Translations under genes and position numbers: made by a program
Part shown: positions 50,942-64,000 of the stretch, piece by piece
Position numbering within the stretch: the stretch's first letter is position 1
Layout of the letters: the number at the start of each line of letters is the position of its first letter
From: Octopus vulgaris
Lineage: Eukaryota
Reading direction: 5' to 3'
Assembly: GCA_951406725.2 (NCBI GenBank)
Contig: OX597839.1
Location: forward strand, 31,930,001-31,994,000
Length of the DNA stretch: 64,000 nt
Notes under the pieces: model-generated
What the model was told of the DNA's origin: nothing
Databases searched by the model: none
The model's input: the letters and a program-made list of their open reading frames with translations, nothing else

Positions 50942-51170
50942 GGTGTTATTTAGCCCTAGGTCAACCTGAAGCAAGTAGACCAATTGTCAAAAGTGTTTTG
51001 CCTGTGATTACCCATAGTTTTATGTTTTGTTTTCTTTTTTTGTTGTTTTCAAGTATAGTGCATCAAGAATTACATTACCCAGTGTGTCCTTCTCTTAAGA
51101 CAGTATATTGAGATCTGAAGATGGTTTAGCTGCTACCTCTAGCAGGTTAAGTGATCATTCGAAGGTTCCT
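50942..51170 (-). mobile_element. Family F repeat
   Basis: tgttatttagccctaggtcaacc...tgctacctctagcaggttaagtgatc. Confidence 0.55.
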
Positions 51171-51191
51171 TTGCAGAGTTATCCATACAGG

Positions 51192-51815
51192 AGGAGGTGT
51201 GGCAGTGGGGTAAAGAGCTTCCTTCCCAACCATACAGTTCCAGGTTCAGTCCCACTATGTGGCATCTTGGTCAAGTGTCTTCTACTATAGCCTTGGGTCA
51301 ACCAAGTCCATGTGAGTGGATTTGATAGATGGAAACTGAAAGAAGCCGATTGTGTGTGTGTGTTCCACCACTTTGCAATCAGTATTGCTGTATGTATGTT
51401 TTCAAAACTTACTGGTTTGGCAAAAGAGACCAATAGGATATGTCTCAGGCTTTTAAAATAATAATAAGCACTGGGGTTGGGCCATCCAACTAAAAGTTCT
51501 TCAATGCAGTGCCCCAATATGGTGCGTGGCTTAGTGGTTAGAGTGTCAGCATCATGATCGTAAGATTGTGGTTTCAATTCCTGAACCGGGTGACGTGTTA
51601 TGTTCTTGAGCAAAACACTTCATTTCATGTTGCTCCAGTCCACTCAGCTGGCAAAAATGAGTAACGCTACGATGGACTGACGTCCCGTCCAGCTGAGGAA
51701 CACATACGCCATAGAAACCGGGAAACCAGGCCCATGAGCCTGACTAGGCTTTAAAAGGGCACATTTATTATTTTCATATGGCTGCAGTCTAATGACTGAA
51801 ATAACTAAAAGGTAA
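51192..51815 (+). mobile_element. SINE family A interrupted by a family D-type SINE (51521-51775)
   Basis: The A tail gtgcccca...atggctgcagtctaatgactgaaa is split by the insert; atatgg is repeated at 51517-51522 and 51776-51781. Confidence 0.8.
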
Positions 51816-54207
51816 ATGACAGACCAGTTTATACAGAATAAAAGTAACTACAAATTTACCCTTCCGTTCCAATTCCATTCACTAAATTTATAAATCAATA
51901 TTCATGTTTTTCTTTTACTTTTAATTCCCAGCCATAGATCTAAAATATTATTTTTTCTTATTTTCTGTAAATTATGAATTATTTTAATGTACATTTTTAC
52001 ACTAGCTTTCCTTACAAAGGGAGAGAATAATGGTTAGTTTGTTTTATTTTATCTCTTCTTTTTAAGATTGAATAACTGAAGTTCAATATATGCAGAATAT
52101 TATTAGGAAATAAAATTGTTTTTAATATAAATGTGAATAACTACACATTTTAACATCTGTAAATAATTGATTATTTTTAAAGTTTAGAAATGTTTCTGAT
52201 TTTTGTAAAAAAAAAAATCTATACAACATGATTCATCTCTATTAGCATTTAATGTGTTTTCAATATTTTCTTTTTTGCTTTTCATTCTGTTTCCCCTATT
52301 TCTCAATCCCCTTAGCTACTCCCTTCTTTCAAACTCACCTATCTTCCCCCATAAGTTGTAAAAAAAAATATCTCTTCTGATTTCTGTTGCATTTAAAATC
52401 TTTAGAAATATTATTTCAAAAACTGGCCACCAGCAGTTGACTGCTTGTAAAAAGAGCTCAAAGTGACTCATTGAGAAACAGTTGAGAGATTGATTCATAA
52501 GAAGAGGGGGAAACCAGTTGATAGAGGAAGTTCACATTTGAGCTTCAGCTAAATGATAGAGTTACATTTAGGTTTCCCCTTGGTTAACACCTTGGGGGAG
52601 GTCTAATATTTTTCATTAAAAAAATATAAAGTATTTGACAAATTCTATATAAAGGCAAAAAATAAAATAATAAATAAATACAAAATTGATGGAAAAAAAA
52701 TAATTTTTTTCGACTGAACTGCATTTAGTTTTATGCAGTCTTTAAAAAAAAAAGTTTCTTAGATATGCGAGAATTTAACAAATTATTCTTTATTTTGATC
52801 AAACTGAAAAACTGTTAAAAATTAAAAATCATCAAAAAGACATAAATAAAAATCAATATTTCAAATCCTTTCTCATCATCTATAGTGCATATTTGAACAG
52901 AAATAAATAAACAATAATAGCACAAGAATCAATATTCAGTATACTTATAAAATATTTCTATATAAATAACACTTATATATCTTCAACAATAAACTTATCT
53001 TACATTCTATATTACAAGATCTTTATTTTTTTCTTTTTCTAAATTTTGTAGAAAACTACTTTTTCCAACATCACTAATGTTTATCTTTAATTTTTTACAC
53101 TCCTTCTATCCTCCTCTCGTTTTAAAGACCAAACAGAGAACAGCAACTGAAAACATTTTCTTAAACAATTAAAAAAAAAGAATAAGACATATTAATGTTC
53201 TTCGTTTCTTCTTTAAAGTATTCTTAATTTCATTATTTTAAATAAATTCACAGCCAAAATGGAACGTGAATCAGAAAAGAGAGAAACCCTGCTTTTAAAG
53301 GTTACATACTCACACACACACTCTCTCTCTCTCTCTCTCTCTTTTACCTTCTTTCATTTCAGAAAACAACTTTGTTTTCCTATTTTAGTCCTTGTTAACA
53401 ACATGTGGCTCTTGTTAGCCTGAGACCATATTGAAGCTTTTACTGATGGCATTATAATGGTGTGGGAGTTTAACATAGCAGAAAATCAAGCCCTAATTTT
53501 CTATGGTAACTAGTTATGCATTAAAAGGCATCACACACACACACACACACATATACACACATACACACACATATACACAAAGTATCATTTTCATTGCTTT
53601 TAAATTCACTTTTCCATGCAGGCAGGGGTTGAACAACTTCATTGAGGCAGACTTTATTCAATTTCTGTCAAACTCTATTTTAATACATATATTATCCTAA
53701 AGAATATATAAAGAACAGCAAATGATGGAAGTATAAAGGCTGAAGATTCAGATGATGTTGCTTGTTGTGATTCAGCTGTAGACCAGCCCTGGTTGAGCAG
53801 ATCTATAAACCAAGACATTCCAGTTGTGACCATTCTGTCATTTGGAAAATCAAAATGTTGCCGAAAGTGTACTTCTTTTTATGATGCTAGGGTGAAGTTA
53901 GAAAGAAACTTGGCTGCTGTTTTTGGCCAATCAAACAGCTACATAGAAGCTACCTCTTGTCGGCTCACTAAGGATCTGGTTCTTATGGTTTCATCCAAGG
54001 TCTAACCTGATTGAGCAGACTAATGATCAAAGACTTTTGTTAATATTTTAAATAGAGCAGGCAACCATGTAGAACTTTCTCTTGAATGTATTAACCTGTC
54101 AAGAGCTTCACATGAAAATTCCTTTATTGACAAAAAATAGGATGAAGGTGTATTAACAGGATCTGTCACTTTATCTTAATAGATTAGCCATCTCTAAAAG
54201 AGATAAT

Positions 54208-54600
54208 TTCTTCTATCTTTCACTTGTTTTAGTCATTAGACTGCAGCCATGCTGGGACACAGCCTTGAAGAATGTTTAGTCAAATGAATTGACCCTAGTA
54301 CTTATTATTATTTTTTTTCTTTGCTGTTGTTCTGAGCCTGTTACTTATTCTATCAGCCTCTTTTGCCAAACCGCTAAGTTACAAGGATGTAAACACACCA
54401 ACACCAGTTGTCAAATAGTGGTGGGGGACAAACACACACACACACATGATAGACTTCTTTCAGTTTTCACCAATCCACTCACAAGGCTTTGATCAGTCCA
54501 AGGCTACAGTAGAAACACTTGTCTAAGGTGGGACTAAAACTGTAGGACTAAACCCAGAACCATGGGATTGGGAAGCAAGCTTCTTACCACACAGCCATGC
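54208..54600 (-). mobile_element. SINE family A
   Basis: Full A layout on the minus strand. Confidence 0.8.
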
Positions 54601-54672
54601 TATCAAAACTGTTTATATATATGTATATATATATATATATATATTCAGTATACTTAACAAACATGTAACAAT

Positions 54673-55019
54673 CACCATCCGATCGTGGCTGTGCCAGCCT
54701 TGCCTGGCCTCCGTGCCGGTGGCACGTAAAAAACACCATCCGAGTGTGGCCGTTCGCCAGCCTCGTCTGGCACCTGCGTCAGTGGCACATAAAAAACACC
54801 ATCTGAGCGTGGCTGTTTGCCAGCCTCGTCTGGCACCTGTGTCGGTGGCACATAAAAAGCACCCACTACACTCACGGAGTGGTTGGCGTTAGGAAGGGCA
54901 TCCAGCTGTAGAAACACTGCCAGATCTGACTGGCCTGGTGCAGCCTTCGGGCTTCCCAGACCCCAGTTGAACCGTCCAACCCATGCTAGCATGGAAAGCG
55001 GACGTTAAACGATGATGAT
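54673..55019 (+). mobile_element. Family C with three ~61-63 bp tandem units
   Basis: caccatc(c/t)ga units start at about 54673, 54734 and 54797; (GAT)n tail. Confidence 0.85.
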
Positions 55020-56543
55020 ATATGGATGGATGGATAGATACAAAACAGAACCTATATATTATTTTCCTAAAGGTTTGTTAATCTTATAACAAAACAGTAA
55101 AATATTCTATGTGGTGTATTGTACAGTTTGATGAAAAATGCTGCATCAAAATTGAAATGTCATAAACAATAAATTTAATTTAAATTCTTACTTCTCCCAG
55201 TGATATTGAAAAACGTAACTGATATAATAACATTTCCCCCTTAACTGTAGTTCAATCAATTTAATTTTCTGAATGCTATGAAATTAAATCGATAACTGCA
55301 ACAGTTTTCAGTCTTATCATTACTATCATTTACCAATTGGTGATTGAGATGGTGAACGGTGGTTGCAGAAATTCAAATTAACAACAGGTCAAACAACACA
55401 GAAACTAAAATAAAACATTATTTCAATTTGAAACATTAAAAAAAAAAAAAAGCAATCCCCAATTTTCTTAATATTCTAAGAGAAAACACTAAAACAGATA
55501 TAAATTTAAATATGAAACAGCCATATTGTACTGCTATAAATTATATAAGGCATAAATATATATGAAATTAGTTGATATTGAAATGATCTGTGTCCTTCTA
55601 GCAAATTGCCCATTGTGTTTCAGTGACTCTAATAAATCCTTTCTGTCTGTTTTGGGAGAAGTCTATTAGTAATAAAATAAATGTAGTGTACAGTAAGCAT
55701 CAAAATTCTACTTTTGGAGACTTAATTGGTGATGTGAAAGTAATGAGACCAGAAATTACAGAGGTGGCACCTGAAATGACAAAAGAATCTCTGCTCTCGC
55801 CTTGTCTAGCTATAATTATGGATGTTTAAATGTTTCATTATTATTTTATGAATATTGTATAATCAAGAAATAAACTTCGCTGTTTTATTGCTCATATCAA
55901 TAGTACATTTCTTACAATGTGACAAAAGCTCTTTACACAGCAGAAAAATATATATTTATTCAAACAAACATTTCCCTCTTTAATTATCTATTAGTAACTT
56001 TATATACATATAATAGCAACTTGCTGAGCAACGTGTAACATAGAGTAGAAAATTATACCCAGCTTCTTCTCATAAAAGCAAATAGATTAAAATGAAATGA
56101 ACATAAGAATACTTTAAACTTCCCAAGTCTAGAGCTGCTAACCAAAACAAAACAGTATAAAGCTCTTTTCTATTATTATTATATACCTTGTATTCCCATT
56201 TGCTAATCATTTGATAACAGGGTTTGCGTTACAATAATTTGTAGTTGGCCGATGTCCAGAAAGTAATAAAGTTGGTGCTTAGAAATTTTAATTAATTAAA
56301 ATTACATTTATGTCAGGGAAAAGAATCCTTGGCTTAATGACTGGTTTTGATCAAAATAGGAAGGCAGGACAATACCCGGTTTTTAATTAATTAAAACTAA
56401 TTGAAAATAAAATGTAGGCAATGCAGTAGGGAGCTGATTTTGGCAGTATGATGACAACACGGGGTATGTTTCAGTTTTATTAGACTTCCTCAGTTAAATA
56501 TAGACTTCCCTATTCCAACCTGGTAATACTGACTTGACATACA

Positions 56544-56578
<35 letters not shown>

Positions 56579-57879
56579 ATGCGTGCTTGCATGCGTGTGT
56601 GTGTGTGAAATTACAACTGAAAAGACTATCAACCACTCTATACATGTTTCAGTCCTATCAAACCTCCTCTAAATATAATCGTTCCCAATCCCACCAGATA
56701 ACACCACTTGACAAACATATACGTAACTACAGCTGATTATACGATTGCTGCTATTGTTTGCATGTTTAAGTCATTGAAGCAAAAATGTCACAACCTCCCC
56801 CAATCTCCTTTCCTTGAAAGTCTCAAACTTCTTGAAGCTTTAATAACAAACTTTTTCTATCGTTTCTTTTACTTTTCTTTTTCATTCATATTGTTTCTAA
56901 TCTATATATTTCAAGCTTAACCCGCTGTAGCTAAGTCAAGTAAATAACTGCACTCAATAAAGCTGGTTGGTTAAAATGTCTTATGGCCAATATTAACTGC
57001 AATAGTAGGTTTGAAAGAATTAAAACACAATTTAGGGTTTACTTTACCATAACATACTAAACATTGTTATAGATGGTGTTTTGTTGTATCCTTTATTTGT
57101 ACTTATGAATTCCAATCTGGAGATGATTAGTTCTGCTGGCGCAAAAGAAAAGCATCTAATACTCCCTGAAAGGTTGTTGGCATTAGGTAAGGCATCTAAC
57201 CATAGAAAACACACCAAAGGTGACACTGGATCTTGGGACAGTCCTGCAGCTTGTTGGCGCCTGTCAAGCCTGCCAACCTATGCCAGCATGGAAAACAGAC
57301 AAATGAGGATGAATTCCAATCAACTTCTTTGAGTTGTGAACCCATTTAAAAAAATCTGGCAGATATTGATACTTTAGTAAAACCTTGTTAATCAAGAACC
57401 AGAGATTGCTTTGTTGTATTTCTTGTCATGTTCAGCCAAGCTTGCCTTTTTTTGATGTTAACATGAGTTTGTAAAAAGAAAATGGGGGTTTTTTTGTTTT
57501 GTTTTTTTCTTTTTCGAGTTTTGCACCTGTTCAAATTGTTTTGCTTATAAACATTTTTGCAAGACTCTTTTTGCCATTTCTTCAACATATTATTAACTAT
57601 TACATAGATTTTTTTTTATCTATTTCCATCAACCCTGAAGAAAACCCTTAAAACCAAAAAGTGATTCCATGTGATCACAAGTTGCTAGAAACAACAACTA
57701 AATCAGTTTAAGCTATACCTTACTGTCTTAAAACAAAGAACCTGTTGAATAGTCAAACATACACTATAGCTGGGAGAAAAGACAAGATGGTCAAGGATGG
57801 TATGCCTTTACACAGACATCATTGCAAACAGAATTTACTCATAACTGTATTTTTTATGAAGTATGCTGCCGCTTGGACA

Positions 57880-59045
57880 ATTAATTTTTAAAATACTGAT
57901 GCAGCAGAGCCAACCAAATATTCCCACTGCAGCAGGTTCTTGAGAAAGCATGAGACTATGGTCAAGAAGTGTATGCTTACTTTGTAGATTTCAAAAAGCA
58001 CACAACTGTGTTCCACAGGACTTGTGGAAGGTTCTGCAAGAGTATGAAATCAATGGAGAGCATTTTGATGTCTTGAAATCCTTATATGGATGCCCTAGTA
58101 TTTGTGATTGGATAAATGGTGCTAAATCAAAAGCATTCAATGTGGGTGTCAAACTTCACCAAGGGTGTGTACTGCCACTTGCCTGGATCATAGTATTTAT
58201 GGACAGGATTGACATGTGCAGCCAGGCTGGAGGTGGTATTGAAACCAGTGAGTGTAGGTTCAGTCAGCTAGAATTTGCAGATGACATGGCACTACTCAAC
58301 TTGTTGGAAGGTGATCCCTAACATGCATGTGACGGGTTTGCTACTGAGTGCTGTTTGATAGGAATGAATATCAGTGCTGCAAAGACTGTGGCACTTGTCC
58401 TCTGAAGGAAGCCTGCTCAATCCACTCTACATGTGAGTGGAGTTCCACTGAAGCAGGATGAGAAGTTCAAGTATCTCAGGGCCATTTTCATGAATGATGG
58501 AAGGCAGGAGGCTGAGTTAAGCACAAGAATTGCTGTAGCTGGTGCAGCAATGCATCAGAAGAAGGAAGGTCGGTGTAAAAGCCAGACTTGCTTTCTTCAG
58601 TTCAGTGTTCATGCTGACCCTTACATATGAGCAGGAATCTTGAGTAATAACCAAAAGAATACAGTCGTGAATACAAGCAGCTAAGGTGGGGCTCATCTGA
58701 AGGGTGTTTGGAGTAATGTTACTTGATAGAGTGTGTAGTATGGAAATCCGAGAGGCACTCCAGGTAGAACCACTACTTCTTTGAATTGAGAGAGCACAGC
58801 TCCAATATTATGGACATGTAGTTAGAATGTCTTGGGAAAGAATCACATGACAGATTTACATGCAAAGCCAACTGGCAGGAGACCCAGAGGGAGACAACAA
58901 GATGGTTGGATAACATCCATGAGCTTGCATGGTCTCACTTGGGGATCAAGCTGGATCAATAAAAGATGACAGCTTTTGACTGGAAAATATACATGAGGAC
59001 TAATCCCTATGATCCTCTCAGGAAGAAGTGGGTGAAGATGAGATG
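57880..59045 (+). mobile_element. Degenerate RTE-clade LINE (RT to 3' end), Expander/Rex3-like
   Basis: FVDFQKAHNCVP...LWKVLQEY...LHQGCVL...FMDRI...LEFADDMAL...GMNISAAKT...KFKYL; C-terminal PTGRRPRGR; stops and frameshifts present. Confidence 0.9.
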
Positions 59046-59419
59046 CAAAATGAAGGATTTGGTAAATGTTTTCAATATTCAACTGGAGTGTAAAAACATG
59101 AATTAGCATGAAATTTAATGGAAAGTTTAAGTTTAGATTAATTTGAAATGTGGTCATTGTATCCGAGGCCCATGGGCAGTCGGTGATGGATTGGTATCAA
59201 AAGAATTAACAGAAATGACCCCTTCAGAAATGTCATTTAATGCTTCGAATTCTAAGCCAGATTTTTTTGGTACAACAGGTAAACCTACTTAACAGGCTGA
59301 ACATACTTCCCTCTTGCCTCTATAACCAGAATGGCACAATCACACAGCAGCACAATTCTCACACATACGTCAGACAATCAGACAATCTGCTATTGTTTCT
59401 GTTGATTAAAAATAATATC

Positions 59420-59450
<31 letters not shown>

Positions 59451-60149
59451 TACATTCTAGTTCCGTGATTGCTTTGCTTTGATTAAAAATTACAAAATAT
59501 TTTTATTTTATTATTTAAATTGATAAAATGAAATTAGCATTAAGAAATAATAATAATAAAAAAAATAACTGTCAAAACAAAAAAAAAATAAACAAATATA
59601 AAAAGCAGTGGGAAGGTCTTATCTAAATATGATATTTAGAATTTTATAGAATAATTTCATAGAGAAAAATCAATAGCAACAATAGAAAAGTTGGCAAAGA
59701 ATATTGAAGAAAAACATTGAAGACAATAAGCTAAAGTAAACAGAGCAAAACAAATGTCTAAAATAATTGATGGAAGAATGATGAAAACTGGAAAATGATC
59801 AATAGTGCAAACAAGGAAGTTCTCAAAACAGCCTCCATGGATATAATCAAGAGATATTTTCTCAAGAAATAGTAGTAAATTTCAGGCTGGTAAGAGGATG
59901 TCGGCCAAATAATGAAAAGGAACAAGGGAAGAGACAAACAAAACATGGCATTGTATGTTGGGAAAGAAAATCTGTAAATACTTAGACAAGTGTTTCTTAT
60001 TTCCTTCCTTCGTTTTTTTTGTATTTCTTCCCCATTAACAGTTCATTATCCCAATTTGCAGCCACATATGGATAAAAAACAAGTGCTCTTGTATACAATC
60101 CAATTTATTATATAACATTAACAGCATTATATTAATTTAATGCTAACAT

Positions 60150-60832
60150 GGATGCAGGCATGGCTGTGTGGTAAGAAGTTTGCTTCCCAACCACTTGGTT
60201 CCGGGTTCAGTCTCACTGCATGGTACCTTGAACAAATTTATCCTACTACAGCCTCAGGCCAACCACAGCTTTGGTAGAGAGAAACTGAAAGAAGTGTGTG
60301 TGTGTGTATCTATGCATGTGTGTTTTTGTATCTGTGTTTGTCCCCTACCACCACTTGACACTGGTGTTGCTTTGTTTACATCTCTGTAGCTGAGCAGTTC
60401 AGCAAAACAGACCAACAGAATAATTCACAGTCTTAAAAAAAAATTAGAGGGGTTGATTTGTTTGACTAAAACCCTCAAGGAGGTGCCACACTCCAATAAC
60501 TGAAACAAATAAAAGACAGGCACAGGCATGGCTGTATGGTGCAAGTATAAGTGCAAGTATGACTATGAGGCTAAGGAGGTTGCTCTGTGACTGCATGAGT
60601 TCTGGGTTCAGTCCCACTGTGTGGCACCTTGGGTAAGTGTCTTCTACTACAGCCCTGAGCAAACCAAGGCCTTGTGAGTGGATTTGGTAGACAGAGTCTG
60701 TATGGGAAACCACTAAACCTTTGCAATTCTGCAAAAGAGAAATGACAGAGTAAGCATCAGACTTTTAAAATAATGTACTCCAAAGCAGTGCCCCAGCATG
60801 GCTGCAGCCCAATGACTAAAAGTAAAGGTCAA
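60150..60832 (+). mobile_element. Head-to-tail tandem pair of family A SINEs
   Basis: First copy ends gaaacaaataaaagac at about 60516; second begins ggcacaggcatggctgt immediately after. Confidence 0.75.
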
Positions 60833-60834
60833 AA

Positions 60835-61168
60835 GTGTAAAGATCCCCTTCAGCCATGCATGACCATGGGGTTGCACCTAGAAAGTTCCCCTCTGAGGCA
60901 CAAGTCTGAGCAAGGTTGTTTATGGAAGACCAGCAGTTGCCCATGCATACTAGCCTCTCTTCTCCGCACCACCGATATTGTCAAAGGGAACGATAAAGGT
61001 CAATATGGTTTGGCACCAGTGACATCATAACTCATTTCTACAGCTGGGTGATCTGGAGGAACATGAAATAAAGTATCTTGCTCAAGAACAAAAAGTCCGG
61101 ATTGGGAATTGAACTCACAACCCCATGACTGTAAGCCAATGCTCTAACCACTGGACTAAGCACCTTCG
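60835..61168 (-). mobile_element. Family D head and core with a fourth 3' tail
   Basis: Minus strand tagtccagtggttagagc...gagttcaattccc...ttcttgagcaagatactttatttc...cagctgtagaaatgag, then a distinct tail. Confidence 0.7.
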
Positions 61169-61205
61169 TATGACTGAAAGAACAGATAAAAAAAAAAAGA
61201 TCAAC

Positions 61206-61356
61206 GGCTGTGTGGTAAGTAGCTTGCTAACCAACCATATGGTTGCGGGTTCAGTCCCACTGCGTGGCATCTTGCGCAAGTGTCTTCTGCTATAGCCCCG
61301 GGCCAACCAATGCCTTGTGAGTGGATTTGGTAGACGGAAACTGAAAGAAGCCTGTC

Positions 61357-61403
<47 letters not shown>

Positions 61404-61615
61404 TGTGTGTGTGTTTATGTGTCTGTGTTTGTCCCCTTAGCATTGCTTGACAACCGATGCTAGTGTGTTTACGTCCCTGTCACTTAGTGGTTCGGCAAAA
61501 GAGACCGATAGAATAAGTACTGGGCTTACAAAGAATAAGTCCCGGGGTCGATTTGCTCGACTAAAGGCGGTGCTCCAGCATGGCCGCAGTCAAATGACTG
61601 AAACAAGTAAAAGAG
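61206..61615 (+). mobile_element. SINE family A, young
   Basis: Near-identical to 16427-16843; internal (TA)n at 61357-61400. Confidence 0.9.
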
Positions 61616-61999
61616 TATTAAAGAAAATAAATCCTACTATACACAATCAAGAAATGATTTCCTCACTGGAATCCCCAAATTTCCTTCTGGAATCCTGAAA
61701 TTCCAGCCTACCAATAATTATGGGGGGGAAATTTCAGCTAGGTTAAGAACTATGGACTTGGACAGTTCCTTCAGTTATAGATTTTCTTTTCTATTTGTTT
61801 CTATTTTGTAGCTGTTGTTGTATTTGTTGTTGCTTGAATCTGAGACAATTCTGTTCGGCTGATAACCAGCAAATGCTAGATTGTTTCTGATGAATGGAAT
61901 ATCAAGAATTAAACAAAACTGTTCTGAGATGCAATTTGAATACTGATTTCTTTCTGATGCATAAAAATCATGTTATTACTATTATCTTTTCTGCCAGCC

Positions 62000-62020
62000 T
62001 ACTACTACTACTACTACTAC

Positions 62021-62073
<53 letters not shown>

Positions 62074-62150
62074 GTCCTTTCTACTATAGGCACAAGGCCT
62101 GGAATTTGTGGGGAGGGGGATAGTCAATCACATCAACCCCAGTACTTGAG
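62000..62150. repeat. (ACT)n(AAT)n microsatellite with a family B tail fragment
   Basis: Direct reading; cctttctactataggcacaaggcctggaatttg follows. Confidence 0.8.
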
Positions 62151-62939
62151 TGTAGTACTATAAACAAGTGTCTTCTGCTTGTGAGTGGAACTGGTTGAGG
62201 GAAACTGTAAGGAAGCTGTGTGTGCGCACGTGTGCAGGACAAAACATTTATTTTTAATGGGTTACATATTTCTTAGGACTGGCTGACAAATGAAAATAAG
62301 ACCAGGCTCAGTAATGTTTAACTGCCTTCAGATACAATTCATAAAGACAAGAAGGTTCATTGTTTCACTTGTTAGTGGAGCTGAGATACAAAATGTATTC
62401 TTTCTTCCCCATTAGATTGTTAAGATCTTTTTTAATTTAATCAAATTACTGCTGAATTTATTTAATATTCTAATCTCACTATTTTCATCACCCGTGTTCC
62501 CGCTGTGCTGTTTATCTCCTAACTCAACAAGCAGATTTAGTAATTTTACTAACAAAATTTCCATAATTCAATTCCTTGTCAATCCGTATCGGTTTTAATG
62601 ACTTATGCCCCAAGCAGATAGTGCTATATAAACTTAATAAAAGCTAATATTTTTATCACAGTAATATATTCAATTTTTTTAAAAATTGAATAAATAAATC
62701 AAACACACCAATGTTTTACATAGACTTTTACACACAAAAAAAAATACTTATCCATATAAACATGCTTAACACCTTCATAAACAGTCTCTCTAACAAATTT
62801 GATGATAGGAACTTTAGTTTCCAAAAACCACATCAGTGATTTTTTCAAGATTTCATCTTTGGTTAATTGAATAACAAACTTATGTTCATATTTTTCTTTT
62901 ATCTAGTCAAAGACACATTCTCTTTCATTATTTTAGAGA

Positions 62940-63362
62940 GGGTTGTGTGGTAAGAGGTTTGCTTCCTAATCATATGGTTCTGGGTTCAGTCTCACAGTAT
63001 GGCACCTTGGCCAAATGCCTTCTATATCTTTGCGCTGACCAAAGCCTTGAGTGGACTTGGTAGATGGAACCTGAAAGAAGCCCCTCATATATATGTGTGT
63101 GTGTGTGTGTGTATGTGTGTGTGTGTGTGTGTGTGAGTGAGTGTGTCTATGAGTCTGTGTTCCTCCCTCACCATTGCCTGACAACCAGTGTTGGTTTGTT
63201 TACATCCCATTAACTTAACGGTTCCACAAAAGAAACCAACAGAATAAGTACCATGCTTTGAAAAAAAACAAGCACTGGGATCGATTCATTCGACTAAAAA
63301 TTCTTCAAGACGGTGCCTCAGCATGGTTGCAGTCTAAAGAATGAAACAGGTAAAAGATAAAA
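62940..63362 (+). mobile_element. SINE family A
   Basis: Full A layout. Confidence 0.85.
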
Positions 63363-63628
63363 TGATGACCTTCAACAGAAACTCCAAGAATGGGTTGGGG
63401 AAGGAAATCTATGATTCATGAGTTATTGTAAGACAAAGCAACACATCAGGATAAACTCAGACTGGAGGGCCAAGTGGTAAAATCAAACTGGATAATCCAA
63501 ATAATGGGTTAAGTCAGCCACCAGTCCTAAAAAAGTTACAATCCCTTTAATGGGCTTCACACAGTTTCCAACTTAGCAATTTCATGCACAATACTTTGGT
63601 TTGGCCAGAGGCTATGTTAGAAGATATT

Positions 63629-63862
63629 TAAGGCGGTGAGCTGGCAGAAATGTTAGCACGCCGGGCAAAATGCGTAGCCGTATTTCATCTGTCGTTACGT
63701 TCCGAGTTCAAATTCCGCCGAGGTCGACTTTGCCCTTCATCCTTTCGGGGTCAATAAATTAAGTACCAGTTACGCACTGGGGTCGATGTAATCGACTCAA
63801 TCCCTTTGTCTGTCCTTGTTTGTCCCCTCTATGTTTAGCCCCTTGTGGGTAGTAAAGAAATA
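63629..63862 (+). mobile_element. SINE family B, young, 16-bp TSD, nested in a family A head
   Basis: TSD tatgttagaagatatt at 63613-63628 and 63863-63878. Confidence 0.9.
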
Positions 63863-64000
63863 TATGTTAGAAGATATTCGCCTAAAATACTGTCCACTGG
63901 AATTGAACTTCGGATCCTACACTCGTATACCACTTCTTTCATCTGTTTCAGTTTGTGTTTTGTGCCCCCACAACTTTAAACAGAGAGACACTGGAAATTT

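Noticed and set aside
54673-54862. Regularly spaced ~20-nt motif with ~40-nt intervals, CRISPR-like at first sight
   Set aside because: The intervals are homologous to each other (a tandem repeat in an RTE 3' UTR); eukaryotic context and no cas genes

Overview
AT-rich, repeat-dense eukaryotic DNA (intergenic or a large intron). I found no supportable host protein-coding exon. The SINE repertoire and the (AAT)n/(TA)n/(CA)n microsatellite load look like a coleoid cephalopod, most likely Octopus (recognition from memory, not a database result). Nearly all listed ORFs are translations of SINEs or microsatellites. The window holds dozens of copies of about six interspersed short-repeat families, labelled A-F here for convenience, many nested and with clear target-site duplications. 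It also holds degenerate LINE fragments (two RTE types, one with a PHD finger inside ORF2; CR1/L2-like; Tx1/L1-like), a decayed hAT-Charlie/Buster transposase, piggyBac-type and mariner-type MITEs and a non-autonomous Helitron. The most striking structure is a 231-bp ungapped palindrome at 48415-48645: a central bidirectional TATA box flanked on each side by an outward-reading type I hammerhead ribozyme (intact core on the minus strand), resembling inverted Penelope-like pLTRs. Boundaries of degenerate repeats are approximate.
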